Position numbers and translations under genes: made by a program
Shown: positions 40,141 to 50,742 of the stretch, in pieces
How positions within the stretch are numbered: the first letter of the stretch is position 1
Layout of the letters: each line of letters begins with the position of its first letter
Notes under the pieces: model-generated
Database searches by the model: none
The model's input: the letters and a program-made list of their open reading frames with translations, nothing else
What the model was told of the DNA's origin: nothing
Assembly: GCA_034670305.1 (NCBI GenBank)
Contig: JAXMNT010000022.1
Location: 32,001-96,000 of the forward strand
DNA length: 64,000 nt
DNA from: Deltaproteobacteria bacterium
GTDB taxonomy: Bacteria > Myxococcota_A > Polyangia > Polyangiales > Houyiibacteriaceae
Direction of reading: 5' to 3'

Positions 40141-42942
40141 TCAGGGAGTCGGGGTCCAAGTCATCGCCGTGCTCGCTTCGACGACGCCAGCGGCCGAGTT
40201 GAGCTCGATCGAGTTGTCGACGTTGCGAAGACCGACGAGGTCGCCCGCCAGGTTCGTGGCGACCTGTCCTGCGCCGTAGACGAAGTCGATCTCGCCCGTT
40301 GCGTGGAGGATGATCTGGAACTCGATGTCCTCGGCCGGGTCGAATCCGCCGAAGGTCGCGCCGCGGTACTCGATCGTGTAGGTGTCGCCGTCGGCGAATC
40401 CACAGACTTCGGTCGGGACCAGGTCGCGATCGAAGGGCGCGACGATGTTGCCATCGCCGGCGCTGAGGAAGCTGCCTGCGGGCGGCGCGTCGAACGAGAT
40501 GAAGCCGTTCGTCGAGGTGTAGAACTCCGTGACGACTTCGCCGAAGAACTCGAACCCGGCGAACGAGGCCGGAAGCGCGGTCGGGTCCATCGAAACCGAG
40601 TCGTCTCCGCTCGCCAGGATGACGCCCGTGCCACCCTCGCTCGGGCAGACGCTGACGAGGTCGATGACCGCGGGCGCGCTGCTGTAGGGCGGGGGCACGG
40701 AGCTGACGGTCACGTCGTAGGTGCCCGCGGCTCCAGCGAAGTCGTTGACGCGGAAGGCCGCGACAAGTCCATCGACGGAGACGAAGCGCACGAAGCTCTC
40801 GCCTTCACCGTCGAGGCCATCGTCCGCAAGGGTGCGGGTGGTGGCGCCGGGGATGGCGAGGTCACGAAGCACGAGGTCGTTCGCGGCTGCCACGTTCGTG
40901 AGCGCGACCGTGACGATTTCGCCGACCGTGTCGTCGCGCACGAGGTAGCGGTTCGTACCGTCGGCCGCGAGGGCTTCGCCGGTGCGGGTCGCCGGGGTGG
41001 TCTCGTCGACCGTGCCCAGATCCGTGAACGCGACGTTGTCGACCGTGAGGCTGAACGTCTCGTCGGCGTCGTGGCCGTCGGCGTCCGACACGGAGACGAG
41101 GTACGCGGCGCCCATGCCGGCCGGGATGCGCTCGGGGCTGTCGCCGTCGGCGGCGAAGTCGCCGTCGTCCGCGCCAAGACCCACGTCGAGCACGCCGAAC
41201 TCACCGAGGGGGTACAGGTCGATCTGCACTTCGGTGAGGTTCGTGAGCGAGGTGACCGTGTAGTTGATCCAGTCGGCGGTCGTGGTGTCGACCGTGAAGA
41301 ATCCGCGGTCGTGCGTCGCGAGGTCGGCGTCGCCGGCGGTGCCGAGGGTGAGCTCGGCCGGGGTGATCGCCACGCGCGTGAAGTTCACGTCGTAGGTCGG
41401 GCCCGAGGTCTCGTCCGGTCCGAGGTCGATGTCGTAGAGGCGGACGTAGTGCACGCCCGAGTCGCCGATCGCGATGTACTCGGTACCGTCGGCGCAGTCG
41501 CCGGCGCAGAGTGCGCTGCCCGAGCCGGCCGGTCCGAAGACCGCCATGCCGGTGAGGTCGTCGCCGTCCGCGTGGTCGAAGCTGAGCTTGACGACGTCGC
41601 CTTCGGTCGCCTCGAAGAACACCCAGCGGAACAGGTCCGGGTCGTGGGTGAACGTGACGGTGCCGTCTTCGGGCATCTCCTGAGCGGCGGAGTCGTCGAC
41701 CGTGAGCTCGAAGTCCACGTCGCCGAAGTTCAGGTTGAAGACGTGGTCGACGACCACGAGGACTTCTTCACCCGCGCGCAGGCCGAAGATGGCTGCACCA
41801 CCGGTGCCGCTCGTGTCCGTCTCGGCCAGGCTCTGGAAGTCGTCGTCGACGACGTTGACCATCGAGCCGGCGAGGTTCGCGTTGTCGAGGGTCTCGCCGT
41901 CGGCGTCCACCTCGGCGAGGTTCGTGAAGAGGAGCTGTCCTTCGGTCGCGGTGAGCGAGAAGAAGGTCGGGTCACCGAAGGTGCCCGGCTGCGCCATGCC
42001 GACCGTGATCGGGGTGGGCGTCGGGATCTCGGTGACTTCGAGCTGCACGAAGTAACAGTTGTCCGGGCCGCCCGCGGGCTCCCCGAAGAGGAGGCTGCGG
42101 CCGTCGGTCGCAAGGATGAAGTAGGTGCCCGCGTCCGGAAGGAAGATCTGGCCGTTGGCGCCGTCGCCCGAGAGGTCGATCATGAAGCGCTGCCAGCCGG
42201 CGTCCGCCACGTCCGTGTCGTTGCCGCCGAGGAAGGCGACCGCGCCGTTCGCGCCGCCGATGCCGTCGACGTTCACGTTGAGCAGGGTCGGCTCGTCCAC
42301 GACGATGCGGAAGAAGTCGAAGTCGGCGTCGATGGTGCCGTCGTCGTCGAAGTCCGTCGGCTCGACGCATCCGAAGAACGTGCCGGTGCCGTCCGCGATG
42401 TCGACTTCCTGCGGCATGAAGCCTTCCTCGTTGTATTCGGGGTCGTTCGGCTCAGCGAGCTCGAGCACGTCCGCCATGCCTTCGAGGAGCGAGTCGGGAT
42501 CGACACAGCTCGAGGACTCCATCACGAAGACGAGGTCGCCTTCACAGATGGCGTCCGGGTCGACGACGCAGGTGCCGCTGTCGGTGTCGAAGATGGTGTT
42601 GCCGGTGCAGATGACCGAGCCGTCGGGCACGCACGCGTCGCCCATTTGAATGGTGCCGGTGCCGCAGGAGAGGTCCCCGGTCGACTCCGGGAAACACATG
42701 GTTCCCATCAGGATGGTGCCCGCGCCACACGTGGTGCCGTCGACCACGTCGGGGTCACACATGCCCGTCATTGCATTGAACGTGGTGCCGTCCGAGCAGA
42801 TGTCGGCGGTCGGCACGCAAGCGCCGTCCATCTCGATCGTACCCGCACCGCACTCGGCGCCCGTGTCCCCGCAGCCAGTGGCTGCCCCTACACTCAACGC
42901 CGCGAAGGCGAGGAGCACGCGAAAGCGATTCTCGTAAATCAT
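40141..42942 (-). CDS. Large acidic lipoprotein: six Cys-hairpin repeats, PPC-like domains and a NIDO-like C-terminal domain
   Basis: ATGC lipobox; CxxGT-x6-8-CxP repeats; ELAEPND; DDSVS..FEFFG..STNGFISF. Confidence 0.75.
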   Translation of the reverse strand: MIYENRFRVLLAFAALSVGAATGCGDTGAECGAGTIEMDGACVPTADICSDGTTFNAMTGMCDPDVVDGTTCGAGTILMGTMCFPESTGDLSCGTGTIQMGDACVPDGSVICTGNTIFDTDSGTCVVDPDAICEGDLVFVMESSSCVDPDSLLEGMADVLELAEPNDPEYNEEGFMPQEVDIADGTGTFFGCVEPTDFDDDGTIDADFDFFRIVVDEPTLLNVNVDGIGGANGAVAFLGGNDTDVADAGWQRFMIDLSGDGANGQIFLPDAGTYFILATDGRSLLFGEPAGGPDNCYFVQLEVTEIPTPTPITVGMAQPGTFGDPTFFSLTATEGQLLFTNLAEVDADGETLDNANLAGSMVNVVDDDFQSLAETDTSGTGGAAIFGLRAGEEVLVVVDHVFNLNFGDVDFELTVDDSAAQEMPEDGTVTFTHDPDLFRWVFFEATEGDVVKLSFDHADGDDLTGMAVFGPAGSGSALCAGDCADGTEYIAIGDSGVHYVRLYDIDLGPDETSGPTYDVNFTRVAITPAELTLGTAGDADLATHDRGFFTVDTTTADWINYTVTSLTNLTEVQIDLYPLGEFGVLDVGLGADDGDFAADGDSPERIPAGMGAAYLVSVSDADGHDADETFSLTVDNVAFTDLGTVDETTPATRTGEALAADGTNRYLVRDDTVGEIVTVALTNVAAANDLVLRDLAIPGATTRTLADDGLDGEGESFVRFVSVDGLVAAFRVNDFAGAAGTYDVTVSSVPPPYSSAPAVIDLVSVCPSEGGTGVILASGDDSVSMDPTALPASFAGFEFFGEVVTEFYTSTNGFISFDAPPAGSFLSAGDGNIVAPFDRDLVPTEVCGFADGDTYTIEYRGATFGGFDPAEDIEFQIILHATGEIDFVYGAGQVATNLAGDLVGLRNVDNSIELNSAAGVVEASTAMTWTPTP

Positions 42943-43053
42943 AGGGGGTCGGAATGACGGGTTCCTGACAAAGCGTCAACCGCTGGCCCCCCGTTCATGT
43001 GAGAAAAGGGCGGTGTGCACGAATGGGACGGCCCTGTCCGGGGACACGGCGCT

Positions 43054-43674
43054 CTAAGCGGGGTAGGGGGACTCGCGGTCGTCGAGGAGCCACTCGGAGC
43101 CGCCGATCCACTCGTGGTGCGGACCGAGCTCGGGCGGCGGCGAGGGCGCGGAGGGGCCCTCGTAGATCGCCAGATCGTCGAACCGCTCCACGAAGTCCCG
43201 GAGCGAGATTCTCTGCTCCGGCGACACGACGACCCCCTCGCCGCACAACTCCACGCGCACGTGTTGGGCCAGCGCCATCCGGCGCACGGTGTCGATGGTC
43301 AGCTGGGCGGTGACCGCGTCGAAGACCCCATCGTTCATCGGGACCCCAGCCCAGTGTGCGGTGACCGGCTCGCGTTCCCCGTCCACGTCCAAGACCATCG
43401 CGCCGCAGGTCCACTGCTGATGCGACGCCGGGGTGCCGAGCAGCACGTCCACGCGGATTTCGTCCGTTTCGGGATGGGCTGTCAGGTCGAAGCTTCCCCA
43501 GCCAACCGGGGAGCGCGTGCTGCTCCAGGTCATTTCAGCCGTCAAACTCGGGGGAAAGACGAACGGCTCGTCGCCGACCGTGGCCAGTTCATCCGGCGAA
43601 TCGGGCTGGTCCGGAAGGGCATGGGTGCCTCCCAGAACCATGAACATCCCTAGAAGTGCGACGAAGGTACGCAT
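43054..43674 (-). CDS. Hypothetical secreted protein
   Basis: Signal peptide; typical codon bias. Confidence 0.7.
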   Translation of the reverse strand: MRTFVALLGMFMVLGGTHALPDQPDSPDELATVGDEPFVFPPSLTAEMTWSSTRSPVGWGSFDLTAHPETDEIRVDVLLGTPASHQQWTCGAMVLDVDGEREPVTAHWAGVPMNDGVFDAVTAQLTIDTVRRMALAQHVRVELCGEGVVVSPEQRISLRDFVERFDDLAIYEGPSAPSPPPELGPHHEWIGGSEWLLDDRESPYPA

Positions 43675-43726
43675 GACGGCTCGAGGTTGGACCCAGCCTG
43701 GTCGAGGATCTTGGGTCCATATTACC

Positions 43727-43920
43727 TGCCATTACGGGCCTGGCTCGCTTCGCGAGACTGGCGGCCCTAATTCGCGCCCGTCGCTGCCTGCACGTGCTCG
43801 CCGCCACTGCACTTGATGGCATGACGAAGCATCTGGGGCGATTGGCGGCTGCGCGCGTCCAGCCGCGGGGCACGGCCCCCAACCCCGTCCGTGACACGGC
43901 TTGCTCGCTTCGCCCAGGCT
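43727..43920 (+). repeat. Copy of the dispersed intergenic REP-like repeat
   Basis: Matches 34398-34435 (direct) and 11440-11474 (inverted); CTCGC-TTC-GCGAG hairpin. Confidence 0.65.
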
Positions 43921-44000
43921 AGGGCGGAAACTTCCGGCCCGGGAAGCGTCTGCGCCGGGAAGAAGATGCGCCGGGCACAATCGGCGGTAAGGTCGGGTCG

Positions 44001-44915
44001 ATGCGTCTACTGCACGTGTTCGAGCACGAGGACGATGCGGAGCGTCTGGTGGCTGCGCTCTACGTCGAACAGATCGACGCATCGGTCCGCGAGGGACGCG
44101 GCACCTCGTGGCAGCTGATGGTGCATGACGACGACGACCTCGACGCGGCGCGGGCCTTGCTCGCCCGGTTCGAAGCCGATCCCGACGACCCGATCTTCCA
44201 GGATCGGGAACGCGAGGCTCGGGAGAAGAAGAAGGCGGCTGCCAAGGAGGCGCGCAAGAGCCGTCACCGAGTCGAGAAAGCCCGCCGGCTCATCGATGGC
44301 GCGAACGCGCCGGGCTACGTCACCATCGGGCTCATCGCCTTCAGCGTCGGGCTCTTCTTCCTCGACGCGGCGCGCCCGGAGATCGGTCGCGCGCTGGTCA
44401 TTCGGCCGCTGGGCTACGCTCGCCCCGACGGCGGGTTCAGCGTCGAGGTCTGGCTCACGCTGCAGCAGACCGTGGCGTCGGGTGAAGTCTGGCGCCTGTT
44501 CGCGGGCACCTTCCTCCACGGCGGCATGATGCACCTCGGGTTCAACTGCCTCTGGCTCTACTCGCTCGGCACGATGTTCGAGCGCGCCCACTCGTCGTGG
44601 CGGCTCTTGTTCTTCACGCTGGTGTTCGGCACCGGGGGCGTCATCGCCGAGGTGGTCGCATCCGGGCACCCCGCCATCGGGCTCTCGGGGGTGGTCTACG
44701 GCCTCTTCGGCTACCTGTGGATCCGCGGCAAGTACGACCCGCAGTTCGCGGTCCAGATCCCGCGCTCCACCGTCATGTGGATGGTCGTCTGGTACGTGCT
44801 GTGTTTCGGGCTGCTGCAGGTCGCCAACGGCGCCCACACGTTCGGTCTGGTGTTCGGTGCGGCGGGCGGGTTCCTCTCGTCCGGGTACATCGGCCGTCAG
44901 CTGCTCAGGAAGTAG
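44001..44915 (+). CDS. glpG: Rhomboid intramembrane serine protease (GlpG-like)
   Basis: Soluble N-domain; WR, H..HLGFN, GLSG catalytic Ser, ANGAH..G catalytic His. Confidence 0.9.
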   Translation: MRLLHVFEHEDDAERLVAALYVEQIDASVREGRGTSWQLMVHDDDDLDAARALLARFEADPDDPIFQDREREAREKKKAAAKEARKSRHRVEKARRLIDGANAPGYVTIGLIAFSVGLFFLDAARPEIGRALVIRPLGYARPDGGFSVEVWLTLQQTVASGEVWRLFAGTFLHGGMMHLGFNCLWLYSLGTMFERAHSSWRLLFFTLVFGTGGVIAEVVASGHPAIGLSGVVYGLFGYLWIRGKYDPQFAVQIPRSTVMWMVVWYVLCFGLLQVANGAHTFGLVFGAAGGFLSSGYIGRQLLRK

Positions 44916-44917
44916 TC

Positions 44918-45358
44918 GTGCGCGCATCCTGGCCGGCGGCGATCTTCGCTCTGTTGATGTTGGGCACCGTCCTGTCCCCGGCGCTGGGGCACCCGGACGA
45001 CGACAGCTTTCCGCTCAGCCACTACCCGATGTTCAGCCACCACCGGCCCCGCGACATGACCATCGCGCAGGCGCTCGGGGTGCGAGACGACGGAACGACG
45101 CAGCCGCTCGGGCCCATGCTCAGCGCAGGCAACCGGGAAGTCCTGCAGTCCATGATGACGCTCGAGCACGCCATTCAGACCGGGCGCGCGCCCGGGCTCT
45201 GTCGCGAGATCGCCGAGCGGGTCGCGGCGTCCGCCGAACATGCCGAGATCGTGCACGTTCGGATCGCCCGAAGCACGTTCGATGTGGTCACCTACTTCGA
45301 GGGCGCCACCGAACCGAGCGCGCGCCAGATGTTCGCGGGCTGTCGAGTGGCGCGATGA
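44918..45358 (+). CDS. Small exported partner of an HTTM protein
   Basis: GTG 2 nt after the glpG stop; signal/TM segment then DSFPLSHYPMFS; ATGA overlap with the HTTM gene. Confidence 0.75.
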   Translation: MRASWPAAIFALLMLGTVLSPALGHPDDDSFPLSHYPMFSHHRPRDMTIAQALGVRDDGTTQPLGPMLSAGNREVLQSMMTLEHAIQTGRAPGLCREIAERVAASAEHAEIVHVRIARSTFDVVTYFEGATEPSARQMFAGCRVAR

Positions 45359-46800
45359 CCGCGGTTCGAGCCACGGCTTCGAACGGCGCATGGCGGCGCG
45401 CGTTCGACTGGGCGCCGACCACCCCCGCGCTCCGGCTCGCGATGTTGCGGGTGATCGTCGGCCTCTACGCGACGGTGTACCTATGCGTTCGGCTGCCGCA
45501 TCTGTGGAGCTATGCGATCGACGACGTCGCGCGCTTTCAGCCGGTAGGGCTCGCGACCTTCGCGCCCGCGCCGACCTTGCCCACGCTCTACCAGGTCCTC
45601 GTGGTCGCGACGCTGGTCTTCTCGGTGCTGTTCTTGCTCGGCGTTCGGCACCGCTTCGTCGCACCCGTGTTCGCGGCGCTCCTGCTCTGGGTCCTCACCT
45701 ACTCGAACTCGTGGGGCAAGATCCTCCACACGGACAACCTGTTGGTCTGGCACGTGTGGGTGCTCGCGTTCGCACCCGCCGCCGACACTCTCTCGTTCGA
45801 TGCGCGGGGCAAGCCGCTGCCTGCCGACTCGCGCGACTACGGTTGGGCGGTTCGCCTGATGGCCGCGTTGACGGTGGCGATCTATCTCTTGGCCGGCATC
45901 GCGAAGCTCCGGAACAGCGGGTTCGCGTTCGTCGACGGAGAGACGCTTCGAAACTTCGTCGCGTTCGGCAACGTTCGGAAGATCGAACTCGGCAGCCACC
46001 ACTCGCCGATCGGCGCGTACCTCTCCGCGTTCCCAACCTTCTTCTCCGTGCTCGCGTGGGGCAGCGTGGTGCTCGAACTCGGCGCGCCCGCAGCGCTCTT
46101 GCACCCCCGGCTCGGTCGGTGGTGGTCGTTCGGGGTGTGGGGGTTCCACGTCGGCGTGGTGGTGCTCATGGCCATCGGCTTCTTCTACCAACTCACCTTC
46201 GTCGCCTTCGCGCCGTTCTTCCGCGTGGAGCGACTGCTGGAGCGGCGCGGCGTGCGGTGGCTGAAGCGGTTCGTGCCGGAAGCCGAAACGCAATCGGAAG
46301 CGGAAGCGGAAGCAGAAGCGGAAGCGGAAGCGGACCCGGACGCGGAAGCGGAAGCGGGTGCGGGAGCGGGAGCGGGAGCGGGAGGGGGAGCGGGAGCGGG
46401 AGCGGGTGCGGAAGCGGGAGCGGGAGCGGACGCGGAATCCGAAACCGACGCCGAAGCCGAAGCCGAAACCGACGCCGAAACCGACGCCGAAGCCGAAACC
46501 GAAACCGAAGCCGAAGCCGAAACCGACGCCGACGCCGAAGCCGAAGCCGAAGCCGAAACCGAAGCCGAAGCCGAAACCGACGCCGAAACCGACGCCGAAG
46601 CCGATGCCGATGCCGAAGCCGATACCGACGCCGATGCCGAAGCCGACGCCGAAGCCGACGCCGATGCCGAAGCCGCTGCCGAAGCCGATGCCGATGCCGA
46701 CGCCGACGCCGAAGCCGAAGCCGAAGCCGAAGCCGCTGCCGAAGCCGTTGTCGAAGCCGATGCCGACGTTTCCGATGTCGGCTCCAGGTCCTCTTCCTAG
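45355..46800 (+). CDS. HTTM-domain (vitamin K-dependent carboxylase-like/SdpB-like) membrane protein with C-terminal acidic repeat tail
   Basis: [30 protein letters not shown]; the last ~170 aa are (EA/DA/ET/GA)n. Confidence 0.8.
   Translation: MTAVRATASNGAWRRAFDWAPTTPALRLAMLRVIVGLYATVYLCVRLPHLWSYAIDDVARFQPVGLATFAPAPTLPTLYQVLVVATLVFSVLFLLGVRHRFVAPVFAALLLWVLTYSNSWGKILHTDNLLVWHVWVLAFAPAADTLSFDARGKPLPADSRDYGWAVRLMAALTVAIYLLAGIAKLRNSGFAFVDGETLRNFVAFGNVRKIELGSHHSPIGAYLSAFPTFFSVLAWGSVVLELGAPAALLHPRLGRWWSFGVWGFHVGVVVLMAIGFFYQLTFVAFAPFFRVERLLERRGVRWLKRFVPEAETQSEAEAEAEAEAEADPDAEAEAGAGAGAGAGGGAGAGAGAEAGAGADAESETDAEAEAETDAETDAEAETETEAEAETDADAEAEAEAETEAEAETDAETDAEADADAEADTDADAEADAEADADAEAAAEADADADADAEAEAEAEAAAEAVVEADADVSDVGSRSSS
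46279..46770 (+). repeat. Hexamer tract (GAAGCG/GGAGCG then GAAGCC/GACGCC/GAAACC/GATGCC)n
   Basis: In-frame period-6 tract in the 3' end of the HTTM gene. Confidence 0.95.
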
Positions 46801-49151
46801 CGGTAGAGGTGGTGCGGGGTCGCGCGTTCTGCGAATGCGGCGCGTTCGTCTTCGCCGAGGGCGAGGAGAGTTTCCAGGGCGCGTTCGGTGAGTGCTTCGG
46901 TGACGCGGGGGTCGCCGACCATTCGGACGAGGCGGTCGGTCTCCCAGTCGCCCGGGTGGGTGCGGGCGAGGGCGCGCAGGATGGCGAGGCCGAGGACGTT
47001 CGGTGTGTAGCGCGCGCCGTCGGTGATGCGGAAGCGGAGGCCGCGGCAGCGGGCGCGGCGGTGGGGGCGCGCGGTGGGGCGGAACTCGACGACTTCGATC
47101 GCGACGCCGGGGACCTCTCCGATCGCGGCGAGGAGCGCGTCGGGATCCATCCAGGGCGCGCCGATGACTTCGAAGGGCATGTCGGTCCCGCGTCCGACCG
47201 AGACGTTGGTGCTCTCTGCGAGCGCGACCGCTGGGTAGAGCGCGGTCTGCTCAGGCGTGCGGAGGTTGGGGGAGGGCGGCGTCCAGCGCAGCCCGGTGTC
47301 GTCCCAGCGCATCGACCGGTCCCAGCCGACCATCCGAACCACGTCGAACTGCACGGCGATCGAACGCTCCGCGCGCATGAACGTCGCGAGTTCGCCGAGC
47401 GTTAGCCCGTGGGTGAGCGGCAGCGGGTGGTAGTTCACGAAGGAGCGCACGCTCGGTTGCGACATCGGTCCGAGCACCGCGTCACCGATGGGGTTCGGCC
47501 GGTCCAGCAGCACCACCCGCAGATCGTGTTCGGCGGCCGCCTCCATCGCGGCGACCGTCGTGCTCGCGTAGGTGTAGAAGCGCGCGCCGACGTCCTGGAG
47601 ATCGATCGCCAGCACGTCGAGTTCGTCGAGCGCTTCGGGCGGCGGTCGTCGGGTGGCTCCGAAGAGGGAGTGCACTTGCAACGAACCGAGTGCGCCGTCC
47701 GCAACATGGCCTTCCTGGTTGGCGGCCAGCCCGTGCTCCGGCGCGAAGAGGGCGACGAGGTTCACCTCGGGTGCGCGCTGCAGCACCTGCCAGGTGGGCT
47801 GTCCGTCTCCGGTGCGTCCCGCGTCGTTGGTCAACAGGCCGACCCGCGCGTTCTCGAGCTGCGAGAAGCCGTCGGCGCGCAAGACATCGATGCCGAGCCG
47901 GACCGCGTGCGCCGGTGCGGGTCGAGCGCGCGCGACCGCCGAGACCGCGCGCCGTCCGACCGCACTTCGAAGCGGCGCCACTTCGCCGCTGCCGTCGGGA
48001 TGCACCCGGTTGGAGAGCACGATCGCGTAGACCCCGTGGACCGGATCGATCCAGAACCAGGTCCCGGTGTAGCCGCCGTGCCCGAACGCGTCGGCGGACC
48101 ACCCCTCGTGGGTCCGGTCCTCGTGGTCGAGACCCAGCCCTCGCCCCTCGTGGTCGGCGGTCATCTCGCGCAGCGACGCGGCGTCGAGGATTGGATCGCC
48201 GCCACCGAGCATGGCTTCGGCGAACTCCGCCAGATCGTCGGCGGTCGCGAACAAACCCGCGTGTCCCGCCACGCCGCCGAGCCGCCACGCGCGCGGGTCG
48301 TTGACCTCACCGCGGATGATGGGTGGCGGGCTGCCGCGGCGTGGCGCGCGTTCGGTCGGCGCGATGCGATTGAGGAGCGAGGCGTTCGGACGGAAGCCGG
48401 CCGTCATGCCGAGCGGTTCGAACAGGTGCGTGCGCATCAACGCGTCGAGCGGCTGTCCCGTCGCGACCTCGGCCAAGAGACCGAGCGCGATGAACCCGAG
48501 GTCGCTGTAGACGTACGTGCCACGGCGTCCCACGAACGCGCCCCGCAAGGCGGCGCGCTTCGAGGCTTCGGCATCCTCGGGATCGTAGTCCGAGAGCGGG
48601 TTCACGGGCCGGAGCCCGGCCCGGTGGAGCAGCAGATCCCGTGGGGTGATGCCATGTCCGGCGAGCTCCGGGAGGCGCGCGTCGACGACTTCGTCGAGAT
48701 CGATCGTGTGTCGTTCGGCGAGCTTCATCACGAGGGCCGCGGTGAACGTCTTGGTGACCGACGCGAGATCGAAGATCGTGTCTTCGGTCATCCACTCTGG
48801 TTGCGGCTCCAGCGCGCGCCGACCGAACGCGCGCCGGAAGACGACGCCGTCGCGGTCGCCGAGCACGACCACCGCGCCCGGGATGTGGCCGCGCGCGATC
48901 GCGGCTTCGATGTCCGCCACCAGCGCGACCTCGTCTTCGAACCGAAGGCGCGCGGTCGGCGGCGCCGTGTGGGACGGTGCCAGCACGGGCTCGAGCGCTG
49001 CTTCCGAAGATTCGGTCTCGGGTGCGGGGTCGTTTGCCGGCGGGGGCTCGACCGGCTCGGGTGCGCGGCGGGCCCGACCCGAACACGACGCGCAGCACAT
49101 GCCGGCCGTGGCCAAGACCACGAGGGTGCGAACAACAAGGCGCGGCGACAC
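46797..49151 (-). CDS. Lipoprotein fusion: beta-lactamase-family serine hydrolase (AmiE-like) + DUF1343 exo-beta-N-acetylmuramidase (NamZ-like)
   Basis: ASVTK (SxxK), [16 protein letters not shown]; then [37 protein letters not shown]; start reassigned to GTG at 49151. Confidence 0.9.
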   Translation of the reverse strand: MSPRLVVRTLVVLATAGMCCASCSGRARRAPEPVEPPPANDPAPETESSEAALEPVLAPSHTAPPTARLRFEDEVALVADIEAAIARGHIPGAVVVLGDRDGVVFRRAFGRRALEPQPEWMTEDTIFDLASVTKTFTAALVMKLAERHTIDLDEVVDARLPELAGHGITPRDLLLHRAGLRPVNPLSDYDPEDAEASKRAALRGAFVGRRGTYVYSDLGFIALGLLAEVATGQPLDALMRTHLFEPLGMTAGFRPNASLLNRIAPTERAPRRGSPPPIIRGEVNDPRAWRLGGVAGHAGLFATADDLAEFAEAMLGGGDPILDAASLREMTADHEGRGLGLDHEDRTHEGWSADAFGHGGYTGTWFWIDPVHGVYAIVLSNRVHPDGSGEVAPLRSAVGRRAVSAVARARPAPAHAVRLGIDVLRADGFSQLENARVGLLTNDAGRTGDGQPTWQVLQRAPEVNLVALFAPEHGLAANQEGHVADGALGSLQVHSLFGATRRPPPEALDELDVLAIDLQDVGARFYTYASTTVAAMEAAAEHDLRVVLLDRPNPIGDAVLGPMSQPSVRSFVNYHPLPLTHGLTLGELATFMRAERSIAVQFDVVRMVGWDRSMRWDDTGLRWTPPSPNLRTPEQTALYPAVALAESTNVSVGRGTDMPFEVIGAPWMDPDALLAAIGEVPGVAIEVVEFRPTARPHRRARCRGLRFRITDGARYTPNVLGLAILRALARTHPGDWETDRLVRMVGDPRVTEALTERALETLLALGEDERAAFAERATPHHLYR

Positions 49152-49219
49152 CCCTCGATCATGCCGAACAGAACGAGGGCACGCACACTTCCCCGCAACA
49201 GCGCCGCACGTACGACGCG

Positions 49220-49467
49220 CCTTGCGCCTTGCCCTTGCCCTTGCCCTTGCCCTCGCCCTTGCATCTTCGGCGTCGGCATCGGCTTCGGCGTCGGAATCGG
49301 CGTCGGCGTCGGAATCGGCTTCGGCGTCGGCGTCGGCTTCGGCTTCGGCGTCGGCTTCGGATTCGGATTCGGCGTCGGCATCGGCTTCGGCATCGGCTTC
49401 GGCTTCGGAACCAAGGGCAAGGGCAAGGGCAAGGGCAGGGGCAAGGGCAAGGCAGGGCAGGGCAAGG
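49220..49467. repeat. Hexamer tract with inverted arms: (GCCCTT)n - (TCGGCN)n - (AAGGGC)n
   Basis: The left and right arms are reverse complements of each other. Confidence 0.95.
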
Positions 49468-49501
49468 TGACGGCGGCGTTGGGCTCGTCTACCTTCGGCC
49501 C

Positions 49502-49975
49502 ATGTTCGATGCACCCATTCGCGTCGCCTTCCGCGCCGCCCACAAGGTGTTGCGTGCGTACTGGTTCGTACGCCGGCCCACCACGCGCGGCGCGCTCGCC
49601 GCGGTGTGGTGCGAAGGCAAACTCCTTCTGGTCAAAAACTCCTACCGCAAGGAGTACACGGTGCCCGGCGGCTACGTGCGCCCCGGTGAAGATCCGCGCG
49701 CCGCCGCCGCGCGCGAGTTGCGCGAGGAGACCGGCGTGGTCCTCGAGCCCGGGCGCTTCGAGCACGCCTACCACGGGCAACACCCCTACGAGTTTCGCAA
49801 GGACACGCTCGACATCTACGAGGTGGAGATCGAACGGCCGCCGCGCATCCGCGTCGATCAGCGCGAGGTGGTGTGGGCCGCGTTCGAGACGCCGGCGGAG
49901 ATTCGGCGGCGCGCGCTCGTCCCGCACATCGAGGAGTACCTGGCCGCGAGAGAAGAACGAAGCGACGCCTCGTGA
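49502..49975 (+). CDS. NUDIX hydrolase
   Basis: Nudix box [24 protein letters not shown]. Confidence 0.92.
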   Translation: MFDAPIRVAFRAAHKVLRAYWFVRRPTTRGALAAVWCEGKLLLVKNSYRKEYTVPGGYVRPGEDPRAAAARELREETGVVLEPGRFEHAYHGQHPYEFRKDTLDIYEVEIERPPRIRVDQREVVWAAFETPAEIRRRALVPHIEEYLAAREERSDAS

Positions 49976-50742
49976 GCGACGTCTCCGAACTGCGCGACGG
50001 GCTTCGGCGCGAGGCGCTCCGCGTCTACCTCCGCTACGCCGAGGAGTTCGTCGAACACTTCAACCTCTGCCCGTGGGCCGAACGCAGCCGGCGCGAGGGA
50101 CGCGTGAAGATCGAGGTCGTGCTCGACGACGAGTCGCCGCTCGACGTCGTGGAGCGGTTCGGTGCGGACCAAAACATCGAGGTCGGGTTGATCGTCATGC
50201 CGCTGGGGTCGCTGGCGGACGACGACACATCGACGCTCCTGGACGCACTCCGGGCGGGTCAGACGGCGCGCGCGTTCAAGAAGGCCGTCGCGCGTCTGAG
50301 GGAGCGGCACGCGTCCACCCACAACGGCACGCCGCCCATGGCGCTGGCCGCGTTTCATCCCGATGCGGAAGCGAACCTGGAGACCGGTTCGCGGCTCGTG
50401 CCCTACATCCGGCGCAGCCCCGACCCCACCATCCAGTGCGTGCGTTTGAGTGTGCTCGCAGAGATGCGGCGCGGCACCGATCAGGGCACCGACTACGTCG
50501 ATCTCTCGAAGGTGAACCTGCAAGAGTTGCTCGCCAAGAAGCGCCGACCCCCGCTGCACGAACGGGTCGCCGCGCAGAACCTCGAGATCTTTCAGGAGAT
50601 CGGCGTGGAGCGCGCAGAGGCGGTCCTCGCCGACATCCACCGCGACCGCGACGAGAGCTACGCGCGTCTTCTCGCGCGTCTGGCGGAGAGCCACGCGAGC
50701 GGTCTCGGAGGCCACTCGCTCGGCGAGAAGAACGCCGGGTAG
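49972..50742 (+). CDS. DUF1415-like protein
   Basis: GTGA overlap; FNLCPWA, AFHP, YIRRSP. Confidence 0.7.
   Translation: MSDVSELRDGLRREALRVYLRYAEEFVEHFNLCPWAERSRREGRVKIEVVLDDESPLDVVERFGADQNIEVGLIVMPLGSLADDDTSTLLDALRAGQTARAFKKAVARLRERHASTHNGTPPMALAAFHPDAEANLETGSRLVPYIRRSPDPTIQCVRLSVLAEMRRGTDQGTDYVDLSKVNLQELLAKKRRPPLHERVAAQNLEIFQEIGVERAEAVLADIHRDRDESYARLLARLAESHASGLGGHSLGEKNAG

Noticed and set aside
44001-44915. Rhomboid as the sorting protease for the C-terminal tail of the 1681-5721 protein
   Set aside because: It looks like GlpG with a soluble N-domain rather than a rhombosortase, lies 38 kb away, and the tail is of the Cys-containing MYXO-CTERM type.
49152-49514. N-terminal extension of the namZ-fusion ORF through the repeat tract (and of NUDIX from 48977)
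   Set aside because: It would bury the lipoprotein signal peptide and overlap the divergent gene, so the downstream starts are more plausible.
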